Origin: Convolutriloba macropyga
Taxonomy: Eukaryota
NCBI RefSeq assembly: GCF_964194025.1
Contig: NC_134472.1
Location: 11,470,001 to 11,534,000, forward strand
DNA length: 64,000 nt
Reading direction: 5' to 3'
Shown here: positions 1-11,782 of the stretch, piece after piece
How positions within the stretch are numbered: the first letter of the stretch is position 1
Layout: the number at the start of each line of letters is the position of its first letter
Made by a program: the position numbers and the translations under genes
Notes under the pieces: generated by a model
Seen by the model: only the letters and a program-made list of their open reading frames with translations
Database searches by the model: none
What the model was told of the DNA's origin: nothing

Positions 1-1058
1 TATATATTTTTGAACGCTTGTCAAATGACAGTTCTCTGAAAGTTTTAGATCAGATTTTTGGTATTCTTGTGCCTCCTCAATTTTATCGCTCTCTGAGTGT
101 TATAATTTCATGTCATAATGAACATCAAATTTTGAACCTTTGATACAGCGATCAGATCATGAACTGAAACATCCAAGAGTTCAATGATATTATACCGTTT
201 GATCTCAACTTTTGAATCAAAAGTTCATCACCTCAGTCAATGAAATCGCCAACCTTAAGTAAATTATAAGATATCCATTTATTTCGATGCTATCTACAGA
301 GGAAACCTGTATTTAACGGAACATGTGAATCGTCGACTTGCTTTATAATGATAACTTTTGATCCTCTTTAGCTCATTTGCCAACGGTTTAACGAAAGCTC
401 TCGAGTTATGTGAACTCTCAGTTCAGATCTGATTGTCGAACGGTAACAGTAAGAGATAAATACTAAAATGGAGGCGTAAAAGTGGGTAGAATATCGAAGA
501 TACATATTACTTGGGAGCCTCGGCCAAAAATTGGGAGCCTCCAATTTTACAACAATCAATAACAAAAGTTAGAAAGGAGAACATAACCCACTAACGTCGG
601 GCAAACTGCTCTTAAACGACCGGTTGGCTTCGTAAGTAGCTAGCTAAGGTTTAGTGAAGCTAGCTCAATTGAAGGGGGCTCGAGGTGAGCGCAGTGCTGG
701 TGGTCTTACGGCGTAAACCATGTGCAGGGGCTGGGGATGGGGGGGGGGCTGATGCTTGCACAGAGAATTGAAAGTCTTAAGAGATTCAAAAGATCTTAGG
801 AAATGGAATCGATATGATAAGAGAATTTTGAAATTTTGCATACTTTGGACAAAAAACAAGGTTTGAGTTTTCACTTTTACGCGTAATAATTTTAATTTCC
901 TAACAATTCAATGTATTTGTGTGTTTGTGACCGTGTGAGGGGGACGGAGGGATTATTAATGAGAGCATACTTTCGGGTGTGTCTGCGCCAGTGCAAGAGC
1001 ACAGTGTGAATGGGTATGTGCATATGCGTGTCAGCAGATGTATGCTTTGTGCTAGAAT

Positions 1059-1404
1059 AATAGATCGAAAGACAACAGATCGAAAGCGAAAATTGGGACA
1101 ATAGATCGAAAATTAAGTTATTCAAGTTGCGTATTCGACAATCAGATTTGAGCGCTTATTTATTATGCAGCAGCATATCACATGTTCTGTTCTGATATTT
1201 TGTTCGGTTGTGATAGATTCATATCAAGTCCCAAGGGCCACTAAGGCATGGCAAAGGATCGCGAGGCATGGCCATAATGTGGTAATTATATTGCAGCTCG
1301 CAAATGATGCTTCTTTTCAGCAAATAAGAAAGATTAATTTTCGATCTGTTGTCCCAATTTTTGTGTTTTTGATCTGTTGCTGTTTCGATCTATTGTCGGT
1401 CACC
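1059..1404. mobile_element. Non-autonomous inverted-repeat element (MITE-like) inside an ATG3 intron
   Basis: Imperfect inverted repeats of ~58 bp (1059-1116 vs 1334-1394) built from AGATCGAAA motifs. The internal core 1203-1253 recurs at 28327-28378. Confidence 0.75.
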
Positions 1405-2085
1405 GTATGCATTCGAGCGTATGTGTTTGTTAGAACCCTTATGTAATCGCAATTGTCTGTACCTTGTACCTTTGGTTTATAAAAGCTCCGATAAGACAAG
1501 AATTGACTTTGTAATCGCTACGCGCCTATTTATAAAATATTGTGGTACAAAGACACGATTTTTATACACAGCGTTCAACAGACCAAACAATTTCAATAAA
1601 ATCAATCAGAAGACTCGTGATATTTGGACAAACTTTTGAATTAGATTCTAGCCGGAATTCTTATCCAATCCAACCAAAAAATGGGAAAAATCTTCCACTA
1701 ATGTAATAAAATTTTCTCCAATAGAATTGAAGTAGCAGACACTGAAATGTATTTGAAACTGTCAACAGATTCACTTTACTTCCTCAGATGCAGTCCTAAA
1801 CAATGAGGATTACTCTTCTTCTTTTGCAAAGACATCAATTCTTTCAATTGGCACAGTTCTTGTTCCAGTAAAAAAAAAGCATACTTCTAGGCTACACTTT
1901 ATTTAATTACTCATATTTCAGTAGATGTAGATCCCAATCAACACCGAGTTCATTATTGATCACTCGCTTAAATCGAGCGATGGAAGTAACTTAAGGCCTA
2001 AAAAGTCTTCGCTAAGATATCAATGAATATAAAAGCAAGCTATTATATTCGAGCAAATTCGTGGAAATGTATAAAATTGCAGTAC

Positions 2086-3059
2086 CTGGAGAGAAATGAT
2101 GTGTGTCGACCCAGTCATCGTCTAAAAGTTTCTCTAGTCCTTCTGTTGGCTCCATGTGACGGCATCTCTTATAACAAGGCACTAAGCAAAATTAAAATTT
2201 ATCACAGTGGGTTTTCAGTGGGAAGATGGCTGGAGTGGAGAGGTTGTTGAATAAGGGAGGCTCCTCGTTATTAGTAGTTTAATCATATTTGTCGACAACT
2301 TTCAAATGATCTATCTCGTGTATTTTGCATTTACGATGTTTGCATTTACTGTCTTTACTCAATCATTTGAAATAGTGTTGAAGATGGATGTTTCCAAATT
2401 ATGACTTCAAAATTATTACTTGACATTACTGTGTTATTCCGTCAAATAACTAAACCGATGAGTTCGGAACTGTGAGTTTTAACAGGGAATGTAATGTTGG
2501 ACCGTTAACAAAAATGCGGCAGTCATAACTTAATTTTGTAGCCGCTCAACTGACTTACTTTACCATTTCAACATCTAAATAAACTACTTACCGTTTCTAG
2601 TAACAAGATACTGCTTTTCCTGAGGCAGGAAAGATTTGACTTTGGAGATTTCACCTGTTGCCCTAGAAACAGATATTTACTGTCTTCAAATAGATTAGAA
2701 ATTGCAATGACAGTCAACATACCACGCCCAAGTTGGACACTGGTGAACTAAGTGATCTCCTGCAGCAACAAACTGAAATCAGATAACATTCAACTCCAAA
2801 TAAGAACAAGAGTAAAAACGAAACAAAAAAGAAGCTGCCATACCTCTTCTGGCGTTAAGACACCGCTTTCTCTGAATTTTGATTCCTAAAGAAAAGAAAA
2901 TTTCCGAAAATTTAGCATCAAAATTATCGGCACATAAAACCATTATAGAACAGTGACACGCAGATCAGTTAAAATACTAGCCTTCAAAATAGGCGTGAGG
3001 CTTTCAGCAACGCCGAGAGCTTGGGACTTAACGGCGTTGATGGCTGACCGTATGGACAT
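2086..3059 (-). CDS. ATG3: Autophagy E2-like conjugating enzyme ATG3, coding exons 1-5 (3' part lies outside the window)
   Basis: Exons 3059-2982, 2885-2844, 2772-2723, 2662-2592 and 2181-2086 splice in frame to MSIRSAINAVKSQALGVAESLTPILK|ESKFRESGVLTPEE|FVAAGDHLVHQCPTWAW|ATGEISKVKSFLPQEKQYLVTRNV|PCYKRCRHMEPTEGLEKLLDDDWVDTHHFSP, which is the ATG3 N-terminus. All acceptors are AG; donors are GT except intron 1 (GC). No further ATG3 exon was found in 1-2085. Confidence 0.96.
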
Positions 3060-3835
3060 TAGGATCTGAAAAAAAAGAACAAACCACCCTTACTAATAAA
3101 AATTGAATTTTTTGCCACCGATATCGTGTGTTTGACAGAAATATTAATGTTCCAACATTTTCTCAAAATGGGGGAAAATATATGCGAGGCTGACTTTTTC
3201 CTTCAGTCAAATTTTCACTTTGTGATTACGCATCGTAGAGAAAAAAGAAATCCACCATTTTTTAGCCCCAGGATCTAGCTTTGATTTATAAAAAATATCA
3301 AAAATTTGTAAACGTGGGGACACTTTAAAACTTCGAGGACTCGAAAAGGATATAAATCGATCGAGGGGGGGGGGGGGGGGGGGGTGGGTGTGAGAGTTTG
3401 AGGTGAAAAAAAACATACCGAGAAATATAAAGTGTGTAGTAAAATTAGTTAAGTTAAAGGGAGTTTTGATTGTCACGAGTATTTCTTTACAGTTTCAAGC
3501 ATAAAACACAAACGGGTCTGACACAAACGGAAAAGATCCAAAAAATAACATTTTTCCTACATTTTTGTTAATTGTTTAAAACTTTTCCGTCCCTCTCTGT
3601 TTTCTTCCAATTCAAAACTATTTTAGGAACCAATGTTTCTCTGTATCGAAGATTTCTTGGAACATTGAAGACTTCAGTCAATTTAGAGCTCTAATATATC
3701 AAATAACTTTCCTGTTCTAAAGTTTCCTGTTCTAAATTCTAAGAGTTGTTTTTGCGAAAAAAATCTTAATTCATCACAATTAACCATTGTAATTTCTTTC
3801 AAAACGCGGAGACGAAAAAAAAACTGGTTTCAAGC

Positions 3836-3884
<49 letters not shown>

Positions 3885-4200
3885 TAAACTTAAACTCAGG
3901 GGTTCTTTAGACCCATATCAATTCAATCAGTCACAGTTTGAGTAGTTTTAAGTCGTTTCTGTACAGAACAAGTACCAATAGGACATCCACATCTGATATG
4001 CCAAGTGCAAGAAGTCAGTTCGTTGTAGTATTCCAGAAAATATTCCCAGTAGATGTCTGATAGTCGGGTTTTCAGAGTTTCTGTGTCGTGAAATAAGTCA
4101 ATACTGGTACTAAGCAGGTTTGATTATCAAATCAACCATATCCCTTATTGAAAAGTAATGATGGAATCTTTTCATATGTTATTTTTTTGGATTCCTTTTG
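3836..4200 (-). mobile_element. Degenerate 3' end of a CR1/L2-group LINE with (TTA)n tail
   Basis: Minus strand reads DLFHDTETLKTRLSDIYWEYFLEYYNELTSCTWHIRCGCPIGTC, the same C-terminal CTW-x-x-x-C-x-C motif as ORF 5366-5854. It is followed by a 3' trinucleotide tail, (AAT)~16 at 3836-3883 on the plus strand. The 5' boundary is approximate. Confidence 0.75.
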
Positions 4201-4304
4201 TTGTCTAAACAGATCGTTTGAACTAACCTCCTCTAGTATAATGCAACATACAACAGTTTGAGGGCTCGAGAGTTTATTTATCGCCAAGTTCACAATTTTT
4301 TTCT

Positions 4305-4454
4305 GGATCTATTCTAGTTTGCCCCCCCCTCCAGCCTAATGGGCAATTATCCCCCCAGGCGCACGTGCTATTTTTTTTAAATAGTTACGTACTATATAAC
4401 AACAGAAAACTTGTAACTGGGGGAGCGAAAAACACTGGCGGTCGAAACAGATCC
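4305..4454. mobile_element. GGATC-ended MITE family, copy 1
   Basis: Termini GGATCT...AGATCC between T-runs. Internal CCCC(A)GCGCACGTG core and C-run shared with 39131-39277 and, inverted, with 39967-40126. Confidence 0.7.
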
Positions 4455-5349
4455 TTTTTTCCTGTTTTTATTAGCACCCTTCTGCGATCCCAATTGTCTG
4501 CATACGAGAGCGCGCGTGTATGTTGTTATGTTGTGTGTGGGTAAGGTGTGTGCGAGAGAGAGACAAAGAAAGAGAGTATATACAACCATACACATAAAAT
4601 GCTGCAATAGATTTATTGAGCGTAGCTCTTTTTAGCTTCCTTTTGGTTTTCAAGTCACACAACTTCCTGATGTGCTGTTCTTTTTAAAATACTTTTCTAT
4701 TTTCGATCTAACTGACACTGAAAAGACAAAACGAGCGACGATTGGTGTCACGCCGAAGAAATAAAGGAAGAGAAGTAATACAGTGAAGTGAAAAACTTAT
4801 GTTGGAACCAACTTTCGGTTTTTAGGTTTTATATTTCATTTTGCAAGCGGTTCCAAAAAATCCCTTTATGTCCCAATATGTTCTTGAAGACATAAATGTC
4901 CACAGAGAAGACATAAATTAGTGATGCGTACCATGGGTAGAGATCAGTTGACGAAAAGAACATTAGAAAACGATCTATTTTTCGTGTTGGGATTTTATTT
5001 GTGTGTTTGTGTGCGTGTATGAATAGGAGGTCGTCTGTCCAGTGCAGAAATTTTAGTCATGACAATCAAATGCGGTCACAGTGCTTAGTCGATAAACAGA
5101 AATTAGAGGACAAAGTTTACTTCTCATAATGTCAAACAATAGAAAATAGTTCCTGCTGCGAACTATTTTCAAAATCTGGAGCAACCAATCCTTTGACTAA
5201 CGATGAGTATTCCTTTATTGAGTTCGACAAGAATGTTCAGGGAAATTAACCAACGAAAATAGAACGAAAAATTTAAAAGGAACACAGAGGCATAAATGAG
5301 ATAAAAAAAGACGCCAAAATGTTTGATGGGAAAAAAGATTATCAAACTC

Positions 5350-5910
5350 GCTAATTGTAACGGATATGCTCTTCTCATCGGAATGCTGGGAACTTAGAAA
5401 ATCTGAATACCAGATCATGGAATCCTTCCACAAGAAAGCAATGAGATGGATCTGCGGGAGTATTGACTACAAGGACGCTATTTTAAAATCGAATCTACTA
5501 CCACCACTTTATTTTAAAGTATTGAAAGATCTGTTGATGTTTAGTAGCATTCTAAGCGGCAAGTATGATGTGGAATTCTCAGAAATCCGAGTTGTTGGAG
5601 AGGACAGAAGAAAAAAAAGAGTGGCACTCCCAGAGGCCAAATTTGAGGTTCAGAGATTGAACTTCTGGTACAGAACGGGGTTCCGAGTGAACGTCATCCA
5701 GAAAGTGATGAACTTCTTCTGTGAGCAGCAACTGAAGAGGAAACTCATTAAATACATGTGGAGCTATTTGGAAAGGAACTGGAATGAGCAGAATCCTTGC
5801 ACATGGACATTCATTTGTATCTGTGAAAACTGTCGTGCACATCCTAGAACCTAACAGCGGGAATAACATCCCAGTGGCATATCCACGAAGTCATAATAAT
5901 AATAATAATA
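5350..5910 (+). mobile_element. 5'-truncated CR1/L2-group LINE (ORF2 C-terminus, 3'UTR, (AAT)n tail)
   Basis: ORF 5366-5854 has post-RT LINE motifs (ESFHKKAMRWI...Y...L...LLP; NFWYRT; NPCTWTFICICENC), followed by a short UTR and an (AAT)n tail at ~5895-5910. Confidence 0.85.
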
Positions 5911-6469
5911 TTTCTAAAACTGTGGTCTCGGTCTCGAATCATAGAGCGGCCGATAATGAGATTTTATGTGATAAGGAATTGAAAATATGAACCAGAAGCA
6001 ATAAAATTTTCGTTTTGGAGAATTATCTGTCTTTGTCTTCACAGAACACCACTGAACACAGCAACATGTTCAAGAAATTTGTTGTTGTTGTTGGGGATTT
6101 ACAGTTTTCACTGAGTGGATTTTCGTCCCAGTCGTCGTCTTAGAAAATTGTCCTTTTAATTCTGCAGATCTGACAGTCACAGCATAGATGCCAGCTACAG
6201 ATGTTATTTTCGTCGAATCGCTCGTTTACAAACTTCCACATGAAAATTAAAACTCGATTTTTGTAGGCCTTTTTTCGTAATAAATTCAATGTATTTTTCT
6301 ATCCGATTTGCTAGTCTGCATGTACGGAAAAAGAAATCATTTCTAGCTTTTTCAGTTCTGGTTTTTGGGGAGCTTGACTAATTCATTTGTTCTCCCTTTT
6401 TCTGAATTTTGTTTCAGCATTGTTAAAAAGCTATCGTCTTCTGTAGTTTAGCGGTCGGCGATTGTCTTA

Positions 6470-8745
6470 GTTATAGCACAAGCGCCTGGGACATGAAAAC
6501 TATGAAGATCTATTGATATAGAAAGATCCAGTCATTTGAAATAATTTTGTTGAACTTGACTTGAAGAATTCTGAAACATGTCAAATGAATAGTTAAATTA
6601 AAGTTACAGTACCAAAAGTTTCACAGACAAGACTGAGAGGGTCGTAGAAGTTCAGACAGCTATACGATGAACTATTAATCTAGAAGCTGTAGATCGACAT
6701 TGATATGCAATTGGCTTCCTACACAGCTTTCGCCGGTATCAGAAAGTGCATTTTCTAATTACAAGGAACGGCTCATCAGAAAAAGATGAGCAACTCATTG
6801 CAGATATAGGAAAACCAGTAACGTTCCTGTTACGGTTGCATTGATGAACAAGATAAAACAGTTATGAGTAAAGCAAGCGTGAGACTAGAAGTTTTATCAC
6901 CTAGAGCACCTCAAGAAATTGTTAAGTTTGAACGTAACTGGGGAAAAACAACCCCATCGTTGAAATGCTTTTTTGAACAAGCAGATCTTGATAAAATCTA
7001 CAGGCCCTACGCAATAAATATGTCAAGTAAAATTCAAATCTTTGTTTCATTCGGAGATAAAAAACAACCTTCAAAGCATCGTACGGACAGCACAGGAACC
7101 TAGATACGGTAAATAAATTTTGTTGACCTTCTTCATCAAACATTGAGGAATCATTCAGATGGAAACCTGGCCGGATTTTGTCAACAAGTGAAATTTTGGA
7201 ACCATCAGATAACAACAAAACATATCTTACAGACATACAACACAGAAAAATTGCAATTAAATATAGAAAGTTTAGAAACGTAACACATAACAAAAGGGAA
7301 ATTTTCAATCAAAGTTCTGTGGGTTCACGTTAAATGACGGCAAAATTGGAAGCAGATATCAATCCAATAGCATTCATACGCTAACCTGTCCCCATCCATT
7401 AGAAGATGGAAGGAGAGACAAGTAAAGATTTAAGGTAATGAAGAAAACAGAGTACAATTTACTAGTTTAAAATAACGTCAGTGATCTCGTAGATAACCAC
7501 AAAATCAAACGTATTAGTAGCCGTTAGCTTTTTGCTCTGCCAAAAGAAAGCAGATTTGGTAGCTAAGGGTTTTAGCCAAGTACAAAACAGAAATTACAAT
7601 CAAAACTATCCACCAACAACGCGTCTCTCATTTTTAGAATATTTTTAAAAGTTCTATAGTCTGTAAGGATTTAGATGCCGAGATTGATGAAGGAATCCTA
7701 ATGTAATAGCCTGAGGTCTGAAAATAATATCAAGCGCGTAAATTCTTTATTTTTAAAGGAAAAAGAAGATAGATACGTTTTGGAGCAAACTGGTAGTAAC
7801 TGGCACTTAACAAAAAAAGAATTTTTTATCGGATTTGAGTTTATTTCAAAATCATTTTTTCTTCATAATTAGCGGTGATTAACGCATAGAGAGAATGATC
7901 TGTATTTGCATAGATGACACGTCTATAATAGAAATACGCCAAAACTTTTGCAAAAACTAAGAAACAGTTTTGACAGGAAATTCATCAGATATTGTTACGG
8001 TGAACTGAGTCTCTTCTTAAACAAAAAGATCGAATTGAGACAAAAAGAGAAAAGGCTTATTCAAGAAGCTTTTTATACTAAAATTACCAGAAAAATACAA
8101 TATGAGCAACCCTAACAACTTGGCGAAGACCTTGGACATTATTTCAAAGCGTTCAAAATCTGATTCAAAAGAAATAGGAAGCAACGATCAGAAAGAAATG
8201 CGATCTTGTGGTTATTTCAGATTAAAAACAAATTTGATTTTTTTTGTCGACTAGTGGACCAGACAATGCTAATGAAACTAGTAATTTGTGTTTTTTTGTC
8301 GAGAATCAAAGCAAGGAAGAAACAAGCAATGTAACACCTCCAGAATTACAGAAAATTGCATAATCTAAACATAAAAGCGTTTGGTGTTCAGATTTTGACT
8401 AGGTGGGTAACATAGATATTAAAAAAACACGAGTGCTTATTGTTTCAAGCTCGACTATAGTTGAGGAGCAATCAGCCGGGCAATTAATCAACAAAAGTGC
8501 GTACCAATCTATTTACGCGAAATCTGAATTGAACGGAACAGTAGGGAAAAGTAAGGAGGCGATACATTTATCAAAACTTTTCACGAAAATTAAGATTAAA
8601 GTTGACCCGCTTTGCAAGCGTCGGTAGATAATCAGGCGAGCATATAAAGTGCACTTCAATCCGAACTAAGTTGAAACTAGACTATCGGAGCTGAACTACT
8701 TATGTACTGAGCTTAGGCTGGCAGACATTTTAACAAAAGCTTTGT
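6470..8745 (+). mobile_element. Highly degenerate Ty1/copia pol fossil
   Basis: Copia motifs in copia order INT-RT-RH: L*HKRLGH (~6472); integrase SPRAPQEIVKFERNW...CFFEQADLDKIYRPYA (6864-7020); RT LVAKGFSQ (~7557) and CIDD (~7905); RNase H KEAIHL, VDNQASI, LADILTKAL (8550-8745). Many stops and frameshifts; no LTRs seen. Confidence 0.85.
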
Positions 8746-11404
8746 TTCAATTTTTCGCGACATTAACCGGGGCTTCGAACACTTAATATGATAGAAGTGA
8801 TTTTGAATGTATTATAAGCATGTTTTGATTACAAGAAGATATACTTACTGGGATCCATTTACATGCTAATTTTCATCTTTTTTGTTGAGAAAACAATGCT
8901 AATTTGACGTGCCAATTATTTCAAATTTTTTTTACTACTATTCCGTTTTAACAGGTGAAGTGATTACATTTGATTTCCATTCTCGATTGATCACTATGCG
9001 AAAATGCAAGTAATTTGCTCAGATGACAGAAATTCATAGAATCTAAAATGGAATGTAAAAAGACGGTATTAACTGGTGACTGGATCTATAATTGGGTCAA
9101 GATTTGTGCTTATTGCCATTTTTGTCAACCATCATTTCCAGACAAAAATAGTTGGTTACAAGATTCGTCTCTGTGTGCCCAATAAACGATTTTGAAAATG
9201 GATTTTTCAACGTGAAAAACTCGTAAACAATTTGTTTTTTGGGGGATGATTTATTACAAAAAAATAGACGAGGCAAACAATATTTCTATGGTTTAATCGA
9301 AATTTTTTTTGCGTTGAGTTTGTGGAAAATAGGAGAGCTCCCATTAAAATATCTAAAAGGGCACCTGAAAACCCAATTGAGATTTTGAAATACTCAAGTG
9401 CCGCTAACATTCTTTAGAAAAAGTCTTGACAAGAAATCGTTGCATAAAAATTACAGTTTTTCTCAAATCATTGCACAAGAGCTGCAGCTGTAAAAATTTT
9501 AGATTAAAGCAGTGATTGTAAATCACTTGTTTTCACTCGTTTTCGTGTCTTTTCGGTTTGTGCCCCCTTAAGACACGTAATGCAACTAAAGGTACAGAGC
9601 ACTTGCGTCCGGGGTTGCAAATAATGTGCACCTGCTAAGCTGAGGGCTCAAACAAAAGAGTCCTTTTGTTTTTGCTCTTTTTTGTGGCAATTTGCTGTCC
9701 AGAACCATCATTGTTAATCAGTGTCGACCATTATAGTGTCATGAGAAAAGCAAAAAGTTTTTCTCCTGATAATCTACGCCCCTTTTTTTCATAAATGTAA
9801 TATCTGATAAAAAGAATTTTTTGACACGTAAGATTAGCACCAGATAACCAAGAGACTCAAATCATGATAAACCTTTATAAGAAACATATTAAAAAAGATA
9901 ACTTTTGCCAAGATGTTACATGGCAAGAAATTATCAAGCTCTATACGAACTTGCAAGGCCTTAAAGACAAAAATTCATTTTGAAAAATTTCTTCAACACA
10001 GGAAGTTTTCATTTACTAAAATGATATTCAATTTCTGAGTTTATCATATAAGTTTAGCAGTTCGGTGGCAACCTCCAGACTCAACTCAATTAAAAAATAA
10101 AACCATTAAGAATCCGACGACGATAAGTATAATTTTTTTCTGTGAATAAGAAAATGAATAATGTTGATAATTCTATTGTTAGATCTACACAATCTTGTCA
10201 GCTGCTCATCAATATGTTTTGAATATAGACAAATATATTGATGACTAATTCTTTACGCACTGCGTAAATTTTCAAACTTCTTGTTAATTTTACTCGCATT
10301 AAAAACAGTCTGTGCGTTTCATTAAAAATTATTCTTATTCTATGCATTGATTTTTATCCAAATTACAAAACTTAGCATTTAATTGACCTGTGCAGATTAA
10401 TCTGAAAGAGGAAAACGGTCAGTCATTTTGTTAGCTGAAAAAAACTTCCAATTTTTTTTATTCAATTTTTTCAATTCAATATATTTGATCCTCTAAAATA
10501 GTTCGTTCGTGTTTAGTAGTATTCATAGCGTCGTATAAACTAGCTGAGTCTGGTATACCATTTTGACGATAGGTAAAATCACGCCGGGCGATTGTAAATT
10601 GTTAACAGTTGGCCCTACAGGTAAGGCTGTACACTTCAGTTGTTTGCCCTGGACCTGGATAAATAATTCTCACTCTAAAGCGCCGTATTTGATCACAAAA
10701 GCACGTAGGTGGCATGCTAGTATAAAAGACAGCAGTTCTTGCAAATAAGTTATACTGTTATGGCTCAATTTACGTTCCGTATTTTACTATTATGGTTCAA
10801 TAATTCTGAGAACTTAGCGGTTAGTCCAAATTTGACTATTGATTCTGGCGATCATACAATATGGTGCCAATAAGGTACGTACACCTGATGAAACTTCTAA
10901 AAAACACTCGCAAACATAAAGAGCAACATTTTGAGTTCAAATCAGTTCTCTGGTAACGAATCCTTACGCCTTTATCTTTTTAAACATCCATTAGATGGTT
11001 TTGATAGTTTTCATACAAATTTCAAACGACATCTGTGTCTAATTTCCAACGATTTGGATTTAAAATTTTCTTAAAAGGTGCATCAAAATTATCCAAAACT
11101 TTTCATTGATTCTGGTCGTGACTGTTTGATGATTGCAGTACCTCCAGTCAAAATAATTTTTAAAGAATGCTCACAATTTTTAATCAATGCACAGGAGCAT
11201 TATCTTGTTTTAAGATAGGTTTTAAAAGGCGTTTTCTCATTGCATATTTTAGAATTTTAGAAAATTTCAAGATATTCCAAAAATTTTTTCCATCTGATCG
11301 TGTTTGTCCCAAAATAGACGTTTTTGCGTGTCAGAACACATATTTTTTGCGTTTTTTGTCAAAAATTCTCCAAATAAGAAACCGTTTGTTGAAGTTATTT
11401 CTTT

Positions 11405-11782
11405 CTCGTACTTAACTCCAATTGAGATTGAGTACTGGGCCAGTATAAATGCGATTCCTCATCATTACTGAACCATAGACTGATTCATGTCACTTTTCTG
11501 ACTTGTCAGACTTGCGTTCAGTCTAATTTCACATTGGTCAGACTTGAGCCAAGCGCAAAAATAAAGCTCCGTAAGGGGCTCGAACCCAGGATCTCGCACT
11601 CCCTACATATTTGTCCCTCCTCCTTTCTGCGCGACCATGACTGTTGAAATCCTGACTTTTGCGCCGTTAATATACGCTTTAAAGAATCAAATTTCAAGCG
11701 AGAAAGAGAGTAAAATATATTACATGAGAGACTTGAATTTACTATTGCCCAGTACTGATTTACACTTGGAGTTCGGCACAAG
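11405..11782. mobile_element. Inverted-repeat element enclosing a tRNA-derived core (copy 1; copy 2 at ~13315-13693)
   Basis: Imperfect ~45-bp TIRs (AACTCCAA...AGTACTGGGC at the left; GCCCAGTACT...TTGGAGTT at the right). An inner GCGCAAAA/TTTTGCGC pair flanks the tRNA-like segment. Confidence 0.65.
11566..11640 (-). pseudogene. tRNA-derived (SINE-head-like) sequence, copy 1
   Basis: Minus strand ...TAGGGAGTGCGAGATCCTGGGTTCGAGCCCCTTACGGAGC-TTTATTTTT contains a B-box (GGTTCGAGCCC), resembles the 3' half of tRNA-Pro and ends in a Pol III-type T-run. The acceptor stem cannot pair, so it is not a functional tRNA. Confidence 0.6.

Noticed and set aside
1770-1870. Possible sixth ATG3 exon
   Set aside because: No frame gives the expected acidic region or the TRTYDL motif with compatible splice phase.
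4902-4911. U6-like ACAGAGAAGA
   Set aside because: A 10-nt match only; the flanks do not resemble U6.
11566-11640. Functional tRNA gene
   Set aside because: No acceptor-stem pairing, a weak T-stem and no clear D or anticodon arms; kept only as tRNA-derived sequence.
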